Origin: Octopus sinensis
Taxonomy: Eukaryota
Direction: 5' to 3'
Assembly: GCF_006345805.1 (NCBI RefSeq)
Contig: NC_043004.1
Span: forward strand, 21,514,001 to 21,578,000
Length of the DNA stretch: 64,000 bases
Position numbers and translations under genes: made by a program. Below are positions 61,746 to 64,000 of this stretch, one piece after another. Each line of letters opens with the position of its first letter. Position 1 is the first letter of the stretch. The notes beneath the pieces are model-generated. The model saw only the letters and a program-made list of their open reading frames with translations, ran no database searches and had not been told where the DNA came from.

Positions 61746-62599
61746 TATATATATATATATATGAGAGTAAAGGAGAGAGAAAGAGAAAGATGTATATATC
61801 GTGTTGGAAATTTGAATTTGTATTGGCAAATTTTTGCAAATCAAATATCGAATAAATTGAAAGTTGTGGGATGTTTAATAACCATAGCATAATATTCTGC
61901 TGCAGCTCTGTAAGATTATGTAAAATTCTCGTGAAACATGTTTACAGGAAATATTTATCCCCTAAAGCATCGCTGTGGAGATCAGAAAATTGTGAAAGCC
62001 ACTCTGCAGGCATTAGGAAAAGCACACCCTGTTAATAAAATTGTATTTAATTTCACTGGAAAATAATACTAGATTGAAACACCTCCAAAAAGTAAAACGA
62101 TGGTATGTGCTTAGCAGGTGTAGGTTTATATTTTTATTACTTGTGTAAATCGTTATTTACACAAGCATGCTTTTTCATCGTGATGGAAAACAACTTGCGT
62201 ATATTCTATTACAATAACCACAGTTGTTTATGCTTGATATTAAATTACGAAGTGCAAAAACATAACGGAAAATATGTGTATGTCTTTTCCTATTTTAACT
62301 CTGTGAAATCTTCTTGTAAAGAAAGGGGTTTGTATCAAACTAAGAAGCAAAAATTATTCATCTGATTTGAAATGTTTACAAGAGGTACGAGTTCCCTACT
62401 GAAATTGAGAAAATATATATTTTTACTGCTTGAATACGGATTGAATTTGTAGGCTGAGTGTGTGTGTCTGTTCTGATGTTCTGATTCTCAACATGAAAAT
62501 CTTCTCTTCATTACTGAAACAATAATTGCTATAAACCAGACTGTGAATCATTCAGTTATAAATGCACAATCTAGGTACAGGCATATTAGGTTTTAAAGT

Positions 62600-63075
62600 A
62601 GTTGTCAATATTCATATTGGTTGGGTTGCTGTCTTCTACACTGTTTCAAACCCCCAAATACTGCGGATTCAATAACTACTTGCTTTCTATAAAGTTCAGG
62701 TGAGACCCACAGTGGGATACTGTTCCCAGAATTGAGACAGTACTCTTGTTGCACACAAATATATTCCAGAGAAAGGCTACTCAGTCAATAACAAAAACAC
62801 CCAATCTTTGACACACATGCTGTTGCTTCTCCCTGCTTTTTCTACGTTCTTAAAAAGGCCTCTGCTCATTGAAGCTGGCTTCTTTCATATAATTCCTTTC
62901 AGGCACTTGCAATTAACTTGTCTCTCCGCCTTTCCTTGGCTATGATGTGTCCAGGACCGTATCCCTACATTGCCAACACATATTCTTTTTCTCCCAGAAT
63001 GTCTGTTTTCTTGAATTCTTCTCGAACATGTCTTTCTTGCAAAATACTAATGGCATCCATCTCATCGATCTCAAC
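62600..63075 (-). mobile_element. Degraded R4/Dong-like (restriction-like endonuclease) LINE C-terminal fragment
   Basis: Across frames: NMCWQCRD..GHIIA..RRRDK (CCHC plus RHD-like), FLWNIF, VVIESAVFGGL (resembling VIPIVIGALG). Confidence 0.45.
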
Positions 63076-63189
63076 GGGACTTCAGGGGGCACAGAGCAGT
63101 GTCCAAAACTCCAGATCTAATTAATAAAATAAGGGACTTCAGGGGGCATAGAGCAGTGTCCAAAACTCCAGATCTAATTAATAAAATAA
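63076..63189. repeat. 57-bp tandem duplication
   Basis: GGGACTTCAGGGGGCA(C/T)AGAGC..AATAAAATAA at 63076 and 63133; one mismatch. Confidence 0.97.
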
Positions 63190-63487
63190 ACTTTAAATTT
63201 TTCTTTGTCGCTGTTGCTAATCCCCAGGCTCACAATCAAAGGCATTCCAGCCTTGACTATTCTACCATTTTATGAGCATCTTAAATCACATTATCCAATA
63301 CATAATTTCCATTTTTTTATGAGAGTAGATTGTGGTTTGAAGGAGATTTGTCTGCTAATTTCAATAGATCAAGATTTTGTAGTACTTTAAATTTGCTGTA
63401 CGCTTTGAGATTTTTCGTAATCTATCAGATCTTGTGAGTTTTCTAGGCTCTTGTGAAATTTCAGTCCAGTACCAGTTGCGTACTGGG

Positions 63488-63552
63488 GTCGATCTAATCG
63501 ACTGGCCCCCTCCTCCAAAATTTTGGACCTTGTGCCTAGAGTAGAACAGAAT
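63488..63552 (+). mobile_element. Type B SINE 3' fragment
   Basis: GTACCAGTTGCGTACTGGGGTCGATCTAATCGACTGGCCCCC..GTAGAACAGA. Confidence 0.85.
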
Positions 63553-64000
63553 ATACTCAATTCCCAAATATTTTCACATCTATATACCAGGTAATGTCTT
63601 TTCCTGACTACATTGTCTGTTATCTTAGTAACAACGTCATGCCTTAGAGGAAAGTAGTAGCTTGATGACAACAAAACTGTTGATGCCATATCTACAGACA
63701 TATTATCAGATCATCCCATAAGTTCTGTCCAATTTGACCTTTTTAAAAATTGAATGATATCTAATAGTATTTTAGAATATGTAATGGAATTAAAAATTAT
63801 TTTTATGTATTTGTGTACATTTAAACTAATTAAATATTCTTTTACAGAATAATAGAATCAAAATTTCTTTGGTTAAAACCCTTTCTAACATGAAAGTATC
63901 CAAAGAGCATTTAAGGTACATAATGATTTATGAGTACAAAACAAAAAAGGAAACTCTGCAACCGAAGCGACTCGGAACATGCACTCAGTTTATAGGAAAG

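Overview
AT-rich, microsatellite-dense animal genomic DNA. The SINE repertoire and simple-repeat load resemble coleoid cephalopod (Octopus-like) DNA, but this is inference. No host gene could be identified with confidence; there are only a few isolated exon-like candidates. Nearly all computed ORFs are simple-repeat or antisense artefacts. The window is a transposon graveyard. It holds a near full-length, recently inactivated L1/Tx1-clade LINE (50185-55688, minus) with a 16-bp target-site duplication, and a nested IR/DR-type Tc1 element. It also holds several mariner derivatives, RTE-clade and Penelope-like (PLE) relics, and more than 25 tRNA-derived SINEs of about five types. The most notable observations are: (1) several unrelated short non-coding elements carrying hammerhead-ribozyme folds, mostly embedded in (TA)n tracts, one duplicated as a 147-bp inverted repeat; (2) the Tx1-like LINE sits at what looks like the transcription start of a TATA-driven, structured unit (LTR-like or unknown RNA); (3) an apparently locally templated insertion and a SINE-in-SINE junction. 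Coordinates were counted by hand and may be off by a few bases, more for degraded relics.
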